Origin: Flavobacteriales bacterium
Lineage (GTDB): Bacteria; Bacteroidota; Bacteroidia; Flavobacteriales_D; CAJJDF01
Assembly: GCA_023255335.1 (NCBI GenBank)
Contig: JALRIS010000141.1
Location: 1-47,207, forward strand
Length of the DNA stretch: 47,207 nucleotides
Reading direction: 5' to 3'
Part shown: positions 1 to 8,720 of the stretch, piece by piece
Layout: every line of letters begins with the position of its first letter
Numbering within the stretch: the stretch's first letter is position 1
Position numbers and translations under genes: made by a program
Notes under the pieces: generated by a model
The model's database searches: none
The model's input: only the letters and a program-made list of their open reading frames with translations
What the model was told of the DNA's origin: nothing

Positions 1-4
1 TTTG

Positions 5-88
5 TACTCGAGACGGGACTTGAACCCGTACGTCCCAGGGGACACAAGATTTTAAGTCTTGCGTGTCTACCAATTCCACCACTCGAGC
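5..88 (-). tRNA. tRNA-Leu (anticodon TAA)
   Basis: The reverse complement folds as a class II tRNA. Acceptor GCTCGAG/CTCGAGT (G1-U72), D-arm GTG-GAATTGGTAGA-CAC, anticodon stem CAAGA/TCTTG with loop CTTAAAA, long variable arm, T-arm ACGGG-TTCAAGT-CCCGT. CCA is not encoded. Confidence 0.9.
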
Positions 89-174
89 ATTTCAAGTCCC
101 GGGTTACCGGGACAAGATTCACAGTACTTCTGCCGACATGCAGAAGTTGTGGTTTGGCATCTTAGATATATATG

Positions 175-246
175 AGCGAAAGACGGGATTCAAACCCGCG
201 ACCCTCACCTTGGCAAGGTGATGCTCTATCACTGAGCTACTTTCGC
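175..246 (-). tRNA. tRNA-Gly (anticodon GCC)
   Basis: The reverse complement is GCGAAAG-TA-GCTC-AGTGATA-GAGC-A-TCACC-TTGCCAA-GGTGA-GGGTC-GCGGG-TTTGAAT-CCCGT-CTTTCGC-T. This is a canonical 72-nt cloverleaf with anticodon GCC. Confidence 0.9.
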
Positions 247-267
247 TTTTTTCGCATTGAACGGATG

Positions 268-275
268 CAAAACTA
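268..275 (-). promoter_or_regulatory. Candidate Bacteroidota -7 box (TAGTTTTG) upstream of tRNA-Gly
   Basis: The minus strand reads TAGTTTTG, matching the TAnnTTTG consensus, about 21 nt upstream of the mature tRNA 5' end. No clear -33 TTTG was found. Confidence 0.3.
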
Positions 276-309
276 CACAATTTTTCTATTTATAAAAAAA
301 ATGTACCGA

Positions 310-1581
310 TTATTTCTCGTATTCTGTAATTGTTTTTTTAATGATGTCGATACACTCCATCAATTGCTCTTCAGAGATTACCAATGGGGGAGCAAATCGA
401 ATAATGTTGCCATGTGTAGGCTTAGCTAGTAATCCATTATCACGTAGTTTCATACAGATATTCCAAGCAGTTTTACTCGTTTCGGTATCATTGATGACGA
501 TGGCATTCAGTAATCCCTTTCCTCTTACTAATGAAACTAGGTCATTCGTAGCAACAAATTTCTCTAGTTCTGTCCTAAATATATTTCCGAGCTTTTGAGC
601 TCTTTCAGATAGTTTTTCGTCTTTTACCACTTCTAATGCCGCAATAGCCACCTCACAAGCTAATGGATTTCCTCCATAGGTAGAACCGTGCTCTCCAGGC
701 TTGATTGAGAGTATTACTTCATCGTCAGCGAGCACAGCAGAAACAGGCATAGCTCCTCCCGAAAGTGCCTTTCCGAGAATAAGTATATCGGCTCTTGTCT
801 GTTTTTTGTCTTCACAAAATCCTGAACAAGTACAGTTTCCACAAGTCGCCAACAGCTTTCCTGTTCTTGCGATTCCTGTTTGCACCTCATCGGCAATAAA
901 CAAAGCATCATTCTCTTTACACAAAGCAAAACAATCGCTCAAGTAATTTTCATCAGGCACAACAACTCCTGCCTCCCCCTGAATAGGCTCCACCATGAAC
1001 CCTACCACGTTGGGATTAGAAGCGAAGGCTTCTTTTAAAGCGCTTACATCGTTGTAAGGCACTCGGATAAATCCGGGTGTAAATGGACCAAAACCAGTGT
1101 AAGAATCAGGATCACTCGAAAAAGATACAATAGTGGTTGTACGTCCATGAAAGTTTTGATCGCATACAATTATTTGGGCCTGATTTTCAGGAATATTTTT
1201 ATGAGTATAAGCCCATTTTCTTGCAAGTTTTATGGCAGTCTCTACTGCCTCTGCTCCCGTATTCATAGGCAGCACCTTGTCGTAGCCAAAGTATTCGCTC
1301 ATGTAACGCGAAAACTTCCCGAGCGAAGTATTGTAAAATGCCCTTGAAGTAAGCGTTAATTTTTGAGCTTGGTCTACTAGAACTTGTGTAATCTTGGGAT
1401 GACAATGTCCTTGGTTTACGGCCGAATAGGCTGATAAGAAATCAAAATATTTCTTCCCCTCGGCATCCCAAACAAAAATCCCCTCTCCCCTATCCAAAAC
1501 CACTGGTAATGGATGATAGTTGTGAGCTCCGTATTTGTTTTCTAATGATATTGACTCTGTAGACGTTATTGTTGTACTCAT
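310..1581 (-). CDS. rocD: Ornithine--oxo-acid aminotransferase (class III PLP aminotransferase)
   Basis: The ORF is 310..1599, but its listed start is TTG. I prefer the ATG at 1581 (MSTTITST...). Motifs seen: [35 protein letters not shown], and LGKALSGG (PLP lysine). Confidence 0.9.
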   Translation of the reverse strand: MSTTITSTESISLENKYGAHNYHPLPVVLDRGEGIFVWDAEGKKYFDFLSAYSAVNQGHCHPKITQVLVDQAQKLTLTSRAFYNTSLGKFSRYMSEYFGYDKVLPMNTGAEAVETAIKLARKWAYTHKNIPENQAQIIVCDQNFHGRTTTIVSFSSDPDSYTGFGPFTPGFIRVPYNDVSALKEAFASNPNVVGFMVEPIQGEAGVVVPDENYLSDCFALCKENDALFIADEVQTGIARTGKLLATCGNCTCSGFCEDKKQTRADILILGKALSGGAMPVSAVLADDEVILSIKPGEHGSTYGGNPLACEVAIAALEVVKDEKLSERAQKLGNIFRTELEKFVATNDLVSLVRGKGLLNAIVINDTETSKTAWNICMKLRDNGLLAKPTHGNIIRFAPPLVISEEQLMECIDIIKKTITEYEK

Positions 1582-1642
1582 AAAGATGAATTTGTTCAAA
1601 ATTTGATTAAAAATCTAAAGTATGAAAATCCCCAAGAACAAT

Positions 1643-1650
1643 CAAACTTA
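1643..1650 (-). promoter_or_regulatory. Candidate -7 box (TAAGTTTG) for rocD
   Basis: The minus strand reads TAAGTTTG, matching TAnnTTTG, about 60 nt upstream of the rocD ATG and just downstream of the 1671-1698 hairpin on that strand. Confidence 0.3.
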
Positions 1651-1663
1651 CCCGTGATTATCC

Positions 1664-1709
1664 AAAAAAAATGCCGTCTCGAAGCTTCAAGACGGCATTT
1701 TTATTTTTG
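1664..1709. terminator. Bidirectional intrinsic-terminator-like hairpin with no annotated gene to terminate
   Basis: A 9-bp GC-containing stem, ATGCCGTCT (1671-1679) pairing with AGACGGCAT (1690-1698). It is flanked by A8 (1664-1671) and TTTTTATTTTT (1699-1709). Confidence 0.55.
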
Positions 1710-1899
1710 TTAGATAGAAATATTATTTCTTAATGTACACATATCCTCAGAAAAATGGCGGGAATAACGGTATCAATTTGCCAAAAATCGAGGTCCAAAG
1801 AAAGCAACTCTTATCCCCTGATGATCGGAATAAATTTATTCAAACGAAATTGTTAACAGAAATAACACATGAATACCTCGAAGTATATTGATAAAATTG

Positions 1900-1907
1900 T
1901 ATTTTTG
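1900..1907 (+). promoter_or_regulatory. Candidate -7 box (TATTTTTG) for the UvrD-family helicase gene
   Basis: Matches TAnnTTTG and ends 38 nt before the ATG at 1945. No well-spaced -33 element was seen. Confidence 0.25.
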
Positions 1908-1944
1908 AGAAAATCCAATTCATTTATTATCAACCAATTTTTTT

Positions 1945-4212
1945 ATGGGATATCTTGAAGAGTTGAATACTCAACAATACGAAGCTGTGACCAACACCGA
2001 AGGTCCCTGCATGGTAATTGCTGGTGCTGGCTCAGGAAAAACAAGAGTTCTCACATACAGAATTGCTCATCTCATAGAAAAAGGAGTCGATCCATTCTAT
2101 ATTCTTTCCCTAACTTTCACCAACAAGGCGGCCAAAGAAATGAAAGAGCGTATCTCCAAAATAATTGGCGGTAATGAAGCAAAAAACTTATGGATGGGAA
2201 CCTTTCACTCTGTTTTTGCGCGAATACTGCGGACGGAGGCAGAAATAATTGGCTACCCAAGAAACTTTACTATTTACGACACCCAAGACTCCAAAAACTT
2301 GCTAAAGTCAATCGTAAAAGAAATGGGATTGGACGAAAAGCTCTACAAACCAGGTATTGTTTATGGAAGAATTTCTTCGGCTAAAAACAATTTAATCTCT
2401 GCCGACAGTTACCTTCAAAATGTTACAATTATGGCTGACGACAGAAGTACAGGGCGACCTAAAATTGGTGAAATATACAAGGTTTACCAAAGAAGATGTT
2501 TTAAGGCCGGGGCAATGGATTTTGATGATTTGTTGTACAAAACAAATATATTATTCCGCGATCATTTAGAAGTACTCTATAAGTATCAGCACAGATTTAA
2601 ATACTTATTAGTAGACGAGTATCAAGATACCAACTATTCGCAATACTTAATTGTAAAGAAATTGGCTTCTGCAACAGAAAACCTGGTAGTGGTGGGAGAC
2701 GATGCCCAGAGTATTTATGCTTTTAGAGGTGCCAACATTCAAAACATCTTAAATTTCAAAAAAGATTATCCTGATTACAAACTCTTTAAACTTGAGCAGA
2801 ATTATCGTTCGACAAAAGTTATTGTACAGGCAGCGAATAGTATCATTAAAAAGAATAAAGATCAAATTGAAAAAAAAGTTTGGACAGATAACGACCAAGG
2901 AGAAAAAATAAAAATAGTAAGAACTCTGTCCGACAATGAAGAGGGAAAAGTTACGGCTCATTCGATTTTTGACATTAAACAAAATCATTCTGTCGCAAAC
3001 AGTGATTTCGCAATCTTATACAGAACTAATGCTCAATCGAGATCGTTTGAGGAGGCGTTACGAAGACTGAATATTCCCTACAGAATTTATGGAGGACTCT
3101 CTTTTTATCAGCGAAAAGAAATAAAAGATTTGCTCTCGTATTTTCGTTTGATAGCCAATCACAATGATGAAGAAGCATTCAAAAGAGTAATCAATTACCC
3201 CAAAAGAGGAATTGGAAAAACAAGTATAGAATCCATGACCATCTCCTCTAACGAAACGAATAAAACGTTGTGGGAAGTGGCCAATAACTTGGTGGGTAAT
3301 GGAGTAAGAGTAAACTCAGGTACACAAAAGAAAATAATGGATTTCTGTACAATGATACAGAGCTTTAGTGTAAGACTCGATAAAGAAAACGCCTTTGATT
3401 TGGCCAAAGAAATAGCAACTTCAACTGGAATTATGCGCGATCTTCATGCGGATAAAACACCAGAAGGAGTAAGCCGATATGACAACATTCAAGAATTGTT
3501 AAACGGTATTTCCGAATTTGTTGCAAAAAATCAAACGGAAGACAATTTGCCCACTCTCAGCGACTTTTTATTAGATGTTGCTCTCCTTACCGATGCAGAC
3601 AATGATGACAAAGAAGACAATGACAAGGTCGTAATGATGACGATTCATGCTGCCAAAGGATTGGAGTTCCCGTATGTGTATATTGTGGGAATGGAGGAAA
3701 ACTTATTCCCCTCGCAAATGTCGCTCACTACCCGAAACGACCTCGAGGAAGAAAGAAGACTGTTTTATGTTGCCCTAACGCGAGCTGAAAAACAAGCAAC
3801 CCTCTCCTATGCCACTAGCCGATATAGATGGGGAAGTCTTATTTCTTGCGAACCCAGTCGCTTTCTGGAAGAAATAGACGAACAATTCATTGACGAAGAA
3901 ACTACTGCTCCTAGCGCTCCCACTCGAACAGCTTCGGATAGAAAAGCTGGATTTGAAATGAAATTTAACAAGCCTTTGCAAGAAAAACAGTTGAGCCAAA
4001 TGAAGAAAGTTTCATCTGCGGCCGCTCCTGGAGGTGGATCAGATAGTAAAGAAATCGTGGTTGGGGTAAACGTTCGCCACGCAAAATTTGGAAAAGGAAA
4101 AATACTAAATATAGAAGGGGCTTACCCGAATAGAAAGGCGACTGCCTTTTTTCCTTCGGTAGGTCAAAAGCAGCTTTTGCTCAAATTTGCAAAACTGGAA
4201 ATAATAGATTAA
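1945..4212 (+). CDS. uvrD: UvrD/PcrA/Rep-family ATP-dependent DNA helicase
   Basis: 755-aa ORF. Walker A AGAGSGKT, LTFTNKAA, Walker B LLVDEYQDTN, GDDAQSIYAFRGA, NYRST, IHAAKGLEF and LFYVALTRA motifs. Confidence 0.92.
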   Translation: MGYLEELNTQQYEAVTNTEGPCMVIAGAGSGKTRVLTYRIAHLIEKGVDPFYILSLTFTNKAAKEMKERISKIIGGNEAKNLWMGTFHSVFARILRTEAEIIGYPRNFTIYDTQDSKNLLKSIVKEMGLDEKLYKPGIVYGRISSAKNNLISADSYLQNVTIMADDRSTGRPKIGEIYKVYQRRCFKAGAMDFDDLLYKTNILFRDHLEVLYKYQHRFKYLLVDEYQDTNYSQYLIVKKLASATENLVVVGDDAQSIYAFRGANIQNILNFKKDYPDYKLFKLEQNYRSTKVIVQAANSIIKKNKDQIEKKVWTDNDQGEKIKIVRTLSDNEEGKVTAHSIFDIKQNHSVANSDFAILYRTNAQSRSFEEALRRLNIPYRIYGGLSFYQRKEIKDLLSYFRLIANHNDEEAFKRVINYPKRGIGKTSIESMTISSNETNKTLWEVANNLVGNGVRVNSGTQKKIMDFCTMIQSFSVRLDKENAFDLAKEIATSTGIMRDLHADKTPEGVSRYDNIQELLNGISEFVAKNQTEDNLPTLSDFLLDVALLTDADNDDKEDNDKVVMMTIHAAKGLEFPYVYIVGMEENLFPSQMSLTTRNDLEEERRLFYVALTRAEKQATLSYATSRYRWGSLISCEPSRFLEEIDEQFIDEETTAPSAPTRTASDRKAGFEMKFNKPLQEKQLSQMKKVSSAAAPGGGSDSKEIVVGVNVRHAKFGKGKILNIEGAYPNRKATAFFPSVGQKQLLLKFAKLEIID

Positions 4213-4223
4213 AAACGAAACAT

Positions 4224-4880
4224 ATGTCAGAAGGACTAGAATATAATACCACAAGAGAAGAACTCAAAATACCCGAATACGGAAGAAATGTAAGAAATAT
4301 GGTGGAATACGCTATTAGCGTTAGTGACCGAGAAGAAAGACAAAAAGTTGCTAATGCCATTATTTCTGTAATGGGTCAATTAAATCCTCATCTTAGAGAT
4401 ATTACAGATTTCACACACAAATTGTGGGACCATTTGTTTATTATTTCGGAAAACAAACTAGACGTTGAATCTCCTTACCCCAAACCAGAGCTAGAGGAAG
4501 CCAGCAGAAAGCCAGAGAAAATGAATTATTCTGAGGGAAAGAGGAAAATCAAGTATGCGTACTACGGAAAAACGGTTTCCCTTTTCATCAAAGAAGCCAT
4601 TAGCAAAGAAGATGAGAAAGAAAAGGAAATCTTGGTGGAAGCGATTGCTAATTTGATGAAAAAACTATTTATTACCTGGAACAAAGACTTTGTGGAGGAC
4701 GAGGTAATTTGGAGGCATCTCGATGAATTATCCAATGGAAAACTAGTTCCAAATAAAGAAAAACCGCTTACTTCTGTAGAAGAATTGGCGAAATCCATAC
4801 CCAAGGTTAAACCCTTGAAAAACAATAGAAAAAAAACCAAAAAACAATCAAACGGGAAACATAGGTATTCAAAAAAATAA
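4224..4880 (+). CDS. DUF4290-like protein with Lys-rich C-terminal tail
   Basis: 218-aa ORF. The N-terminus YNTTREELKIPEYGRNVRNMVEYA is typical of the DUF4290 family found directly upstream of murA in Bacteroidota. It sits 6 nt upstream of murA. Confidence 0.75.
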   Translation: MSEGLEYNTTREELKIPEYGRNVRNMVEYAISVSDREERQKVANAIISVMGQLNPHLRDITDFTHKLWDHLFIISENKLDVESPYPKPELEEASRKPEKMNYSEGKRKIKYAYYGKTVSLFIKEAISKEDEKEKEILVEAIANLMKKLFITWNKDFVEDEVIWRHLDELSNGKLVPNKEKPLTSVEELAKSIPKVKPLKNNRKKTKKQSNGKHRYSKK

Positions 4881-4886
4881 AACATT

Positions 4887-6191
4887 ATGAACATTTTTGA
4901 AATAAATGGAGGGAAGAAATTAAGCGGAGAATTGGTGCCACAAGGCGCGAAAAACGAGGCATTGCAAGTACTTTGTGCTGTATTACTTACTCCTAAAAAA
5001 GTAATTATAGACAACGTACCCAACATTATTGATGTAAATAAACTTATCGATTTGTTAGCCTCTATGGGCGTAAAAGTTGAGAAGTTGGGTGAGGAAAAAT
5101 ATTCTTTTGAGGCAAATGAAGTCGATGTAGATTACCTCATTTCGGACGAGTTTAAGGAAAAAGGATCTAGTCTAAGAGGATCCATCATGATACTCGGACC
5201 ACTTTTGGCTCGATTTGGCAAAGGATACATGCCAAAACCGGGAGGAGATAAAATTGGAAGAAGACGGCTAGATACTCACTTTATTGGATTCGAAAAACTC
5301 GGAGCCCATTTTCATTATGACAGCAAAGAGTTTTTTTATGAAGTAAAAGCTGACAGGCTAAAGGGTACTTACATGCACTTGGATGAAGCTTCCGTAACAG
5401 GAACCGCCAATATTGTCATGGCCGCGGCACTGGCAGAAGGAAAAACAACCATCTACAATGCAGCTTGTGAACCTTATTTACAACAACTCTGCAAAATGAT
5501 AAATTCCATGGGAGGTAAAATCTCTGGAATTGGATCCAATATGATTGTCATTGAAGGAGTAGATGAATTACAAGGTTGCCAACATAGGATTCTTCCGGAT
5601 ATGATTGAAATAGGAAGTTTCATAGGACTTGCAGCAATGACCGGTTCTGAAATCACTATCAAGAATGTCTCTTATCCAGATTTAGGTATAATTCCAGACA
5701 CCTTCAGGAAGCTTGGAATAAAAATCGAACTCCAAGGTGACGACCTATATATTCCTGCTCAAGATCACTACGAGATAGAATCGTACATTGATGGTAGTAT
5801 CATGACGATTTCGGACGCACCTTGGCCAGGATTTACACCCGATTTGTTAAGTATCATTTTGGTTGTAGCAACTCAAGCTCGCGGAAGCGTTTTGATTCAC
5901 CAAAAAATGTTTGAAAGTAGACTTTTCTTTGTGGATAAATTAATAGATATGGGAGCAAAAATAATTCTGTGCGACCCGCATCGAGCTACAGTAATTGGAA
6001 TAGACAAAGAATATCCCTTGAGAGGAATAAGTATGAGCTCACCAGACATTAGAGCTGGAGTATCACTTCTCATAGCTGCCCTATCAGCAGAAGGAAAAAG
6101 TCAGATAAGCAACATTTCTCAAATTGACAGAGGATATCAAAATATTGACGCCCGACTTAAAAATATTGGAGCAGACATTACAAGAATGTAA
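4887..6191 (+). CDS. murA: UDP-N-acetylglucosamine 1-carboxyvinyltransferase
   Basis: 434-aa ORF. PQGAKNEALQVLCAVLLT, KPGGDKIGRRRLDTH and a full-length EPSP-synthase-fold pattern. Confidence 0.93.
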   Translation: MNIFEINGGKKLSGELVPQGAKNEALQVLCAVLLTPKKVIIDNVPNIIDVNKLIDLLASMGVKVEKLGEEKYSFEANEVDVDYLISDEFKEKGSSLRGSIMILGPLLARFGKGYMPKPGGDKIGRRRLDTHFIGFEKLGAHFHYDSKEFFYEVKADRLKGTYMHLDEASVTGTANIVMAAALAEGKTTIYNAACEPYLQQLCKMINSMGGKISGIGSNMIVIEGVDELQGCQHRILPDMIEIGSFIGLAAMTGSEITIKNVSYPDLGIIPDTFRKLGIKIELQGDDLYIPAQDHYEIESYIDGSIMTISDAPWPGFTPDLLSIILVVATQARGSVLIHQKMFESRLFFVDKLIDMGAKIILCDPHRATVIGIDKEYPLRGISMSSPDIRAGVSLLIAALSAEGKSQISNISQIDRGYQNIDARLKNIGADITRM

Positions 6192-6243
6192 ATTGGCATC
6201 ATTGTTGCACCTAGCACAGCACACACATAAGGATTAAACCATT

Positions 6244-6801
6244 ATGAAAAAAATACTTTTTATACTTTCTCTTACCTGTGTAGGATTAGTTTTATCGAGC
6301 TTTACCCTACATAAAACAGCCCGAAAAAGCGCTGTTTTTGTCGCAGATTACGGAATCGAAATTGGCGACTTAGCGCCCGAATTGGAGTTTAAAAATCCGG
6401 AAGGAAAGTCAATCAAGCTCTCTTCGCTAGAAGGAAAATATGTTTTGATTGATTTTTGGGCTAGTTGGTGCGGTCCCTGCCGAAAAGAAAACCCAAATTT
6501 GGTAAATGCTTACGAAAAGTACAAAAAAGCAACCTTTCACAAAGGAAAAGGATTTGAAATTTACAGTGTTTCATTAGATACCGACAAAGCCAAATGGCAA
6601 GCAGCCATAGACAAAGATAACCTTTCGTGGAAATATCATGTGAGTGACCTCAAAGGGTGGAACTCGGCCGCTGCCAAACTTTATAAAATCAACTCCATTC
6701 CTCAGAGTTTTTTGTTGGATCCAAACGGAAAAATCATTGCAAAAAACTTAAGAGGCATGAAACTTCATACCACTTTAGATAAGTATGTAAAGAAGTTTTA
6801 A
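6244..6801 (+). CDS. TlpA/ResA-like thiol-disulfide oxidoreductase (thioredoxin fold), secreted
   Basis: 185-aa ORF with an N-terminal signal or anchor sequence and a WASWCGPC active-site motif. Confidence 0.85.
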   Translation: MKKILFILSLTCVGLVLSSFTLHKTARKSAVFVADYGIEIGDLAPELEFKNPEGKSIKLSSLEGKYVLIDFWASWCGPCRKENPNLVNAYEKYKKATFHKGKGFEIYSVSLDTDKAKWQAAIDKDNLSWKYHVSDLKGWNSAAAKLYKINSIPQSFLLDPNGKIIAKNLRGMKLHTTLDKYVKKF

Positions 6802-6823
6802 AGTTTACACTAACCGATGTATG

Positions 6824-6867
6824 GCCTATTAATCTGACAGGAAACTGCCAAATTAATAGGCTTTTTT
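6824..6867 (+). terminator. Intrinsic terminator after the TlpA-like gene
   Basis: A 10-bp stem, GCCTATTAAT (6824-6833) pairing with ATTAATAGGC (6852-6861), with an 18-nt loop, followed by TTTTTT (6862-6867). Confidence 0.7.
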
Positions 6868-6890
6868 GGTCATTGTATGTCAGTTTGACT

Positions 6891-6898
6891 TAGATTTG
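6891..6898 (+). promoter_or_regulatory. Candidate -7 box (TAGATTTG) for grpE-dnaJ
   Basis: Matches TAnnTTTG downstream of the terminator. A possible -33 ATTG lies at 6872-6875, but the spacing is short. The box overlaps the 10-bp palindrome ATTTGCAAAT (6894-6903). Confidence 0.3.
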
Positions 6899-6949
6899 CA
6901 AATGGCAAAAAAATTGAATGTGTTCAAACGAAAAAATAAAAGAGGAAAC

Positions 6950-7510
6950 ATGAATAGTGAAAACGAATCAACCGAAGAATTGAACGAAGAAAACATCGCA
7001 GAGGAGACAATCCAAAACGAAGAGACACCCCAAGAGGAAACGGCACAAGAGCCAGAAAAAAGCGAATTGGAATTAGCTCAAGAGGCAGCGGCAACCGCCA
7101 ACGACAAGTACCTAAGACTGTATTCTGAGTTTGACAATTACCGAAAAAGAACGGCAAAAGAGAAATTGGAGATTATAAAATCTGCGAGTGAGGATGTAAT
7201 CAAAAACATGCTCCCAATTGTGGATGATTTTCAAAGAGCTATGGTCCACAACACAGAAGTTCAAGATCCGGAAAGTTTAAAGCAAGGATTTGAACTAATT
7301 TACAACAAACTACTTAAATCTCTTGAAGCCAAAGGTTTAAAACCTATTGAAGCTGCGGGAGAAGTTTTTAATGCGGACATTCACGAGGCTATTACCAATA
7401 TTCCAGCGCCAAGCGAGGACATGAAAGGAAAAGTAGTAGACGTAGTAGAGCAAGGATACTATTTGGGAGAAAAGATAATTCGTTTCCCTAAGGTAGTAGT
7501 GGGACAATAA
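6950..7510 (+). CDS. grpE: Nucleotide exchange factor GrpE
   Basis: The ORF is 6866..7510, but its TTG start lies inside the upstream terminator. I prefer the ATG at 6950 (MNSENES...); an alternative ATG is at 6902. Acidic N-terminus followed by [14 protein letters not shown] and IIRFPKVVV, typical of GrpE. Confidence 0.88.
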   Translation: MNSENESTEELNEENIAEETIQNEETPQEETAQEPEKSELELAQEAAATANDKYLRLYSEFDNYRKRTAKEKLEIIKSASEDVIKNMLPIVDDFQRAMVHNTEVQDPESLKQGFELIYNKLLKSLEAKGLKPIEAAGEVFNADIHEAITNIPAPSEDMKGKVVDVVEQGYYLGEKIIRFPKVVVGQ

Positions 7511-7538
7511 GTCTCGAAATAAAACAAAACAACAACAC

Positions 7539-8660
7539 ATGTCGAAAAGAGATTATTACGAAGTATTAGGAGTAACTAAAAATGCGGACGCGAGCGAAAT
7601 AAAGAAAGCGTACCGAAAACTTGCAATTAAATTTCATCCCGATAAAAACCCGGATAACCCAGAAGCGGAAGTAAAATTTAAAGAAGCTGCTGAGGCATAC
7701 GAAATTTTGAGTAATCCAGAAAAAAAACAACGGTATGACCAATTTGGACATGCCGGAGTAGATGGAAGCGCAGGTGGCGGAGGTTTCGGTGGTGGTGGAA
7801 TGAATATGGACGACATATTCAGCCAGTTTGGAGATATTTTTGGCGGAGGCAGTGGCTTCGGAGGCGGTTTTGGAAGAAGCCAAGGAAGAAGAACAGTAAA
7901 AGGAACCAACCTAAGAGTAAGATTAAATCTTACCTTAGAGGAAATTGCCAACGGTGTAGAGAAAAAAATCAAAGTAAACAAACTAGTTCAGGCTGAGGGA
8001 GTAGAATACAAAACTTGTGCTACGTGTAAAGGTCAGGGACAAGTGACTCGGGTAGTGAATAGTTTCTTAGGTCAAATGCAAACGGCAAGTACTTGCCCAA
8101 CCTGTAACGGCTCGGGACAATCTATTGGAAAGAAGCCAGCCGGAAGTGACCAGAATGGAATGGTAAGAAAAGAGGTGGTAATTCCTATTGAAATCCCTGC
8201 GGGAGTAGAAGACGGGATGCAACTAAATGTGAGAGGAAAAGGAAACGATGCGCCAGGAAATGGAGTTGCGGGAGACCTTTTGGTAGTAATTTCTGAAGTA
8301 GAGCACGAAACATTAAAACGAGAAGGACAAAACCTTCACTACGACTTGTATTTGAATTTTGCAGACGTGGCTATGGGAACTTCCGTTGAAATTCCAGTAG
8401 TGGGTGGATCGGTTAAATTCAAAATCACCCCAGGAACTCAAAGTGGAAAGACTTTGAGGTTGAAAGGAAAAGGCCTTCCTTCGGTAAACTCTTACGGAAA
8501 AGGAGATATTTTGGTTCACGTAAACGTATGGACTCCACAAACCTTAACCAAAGAAGAAAAGAAAGCCCTAGAAGTTCTTCAAAAATCAGAAAATTTTGCC
8601 CCAAATCCTACAAGTAAAGACAAAGGTTTTTTTGATCGAGTAAAGGATGTTTTTAGTTAA
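7539..8660 (+). CDS. dnaJ: Molecular chaperone DnaJ (only two CxxCxGxG motifs)
   Basis: 373-aa ORF. J-domain with HPDKN, a G/F-rich linker, CATCKGQG and CPTCNGSG, and C-terminal substrate-binding domains. Confidence 0.93.
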   Translation: MSKRDYYEVLGVTKNADASEIKKAYRKLAIKFHPDKNPDNPEAEVKFKEAAEAYEILSNPEKKQRYDQFGHAGVDGSAGGGGFGGGGMNMDDIFSQFGDIFGGGSGFGGGFGRSQGRRTVKGTNLRVRLNLTLEEIANGVEKKIKVNKLVQAEGVEYKTCATCKGQGQVTRVVNSFLGQMQTASTCPTCNGSGQSIGKKPAGSDQNGMVRKEVVIPIEIPAGVEDGMQLNVRGKGNDAPGNGVAGDLLVVISEVEHETLKREGQNLHYDLYLNFADVAMGTSVEIPVVGGSVKFKITPGTQSGKTLRLKGKGLPSVNSYGKGDILVHVNVWTPQTLTKEEKKALEVLQKSENFAPNPTSKDKGFFDRVKDVFS

Positions 8661-8662
8661 CT

Positions 8663-8719
8663 AAAACCGAATCAAATTCATTCATCTTACCACCAGATGT
8701 GTTTTACGCATTCGGTTTT
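8663..8719. terminator. Weak candidate bidirectional terminator between dnaJ and tsaD
   Basis: AAAACCGAAT (8663-8672) pairs with ATTCGGTTTT (8710-8719) and is followed by a T-run. The loop is long at about 37 nt, so this is not a canonical terminator. Confidence 0.3.
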
Positions 8720-8720
8720 T

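Noticed and set aside
1-310. tRNA pair as an integration site for a genomic island
   Set aside because: There is no integrase, no direct repeat of a tRNA 3' end, and no compositional break. The adjacent genes are housekeeping (rocD).
172-429. 85-aa plus-strand ORF
   Set aside because: It runs straight through the tRNA-Gly gene and antisense to the rocD 3' end. It has low-complexity composition and is an artefact of the six-frame scan.
1622-1657. 11-codon mini-ORF (MKIPKNNQTYP) as a real peptide gene
   Set aside because: It is too short and unsupported to call as a CDS. It is kept only as context for the orphan-terminator finding.
4562-5026. 154-aa minus-strand ORF spanning the DUF4290/murA junction
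   Set aside because: It is antisense to two well-supported genes. It is Phe/Ser-rich because it mirrors Lys/Glu-rich coding sequence, and it has no recognisable motif.
7566-7981. Two minus-strand ORFs (105 and 115 aa), one Pro-rich
   Set aside because: They are the mirror image of the DnaJ J-domain and Gly/Phe-rich linker (GGN codons read as NCC, giving Pro). They are not independent genes.
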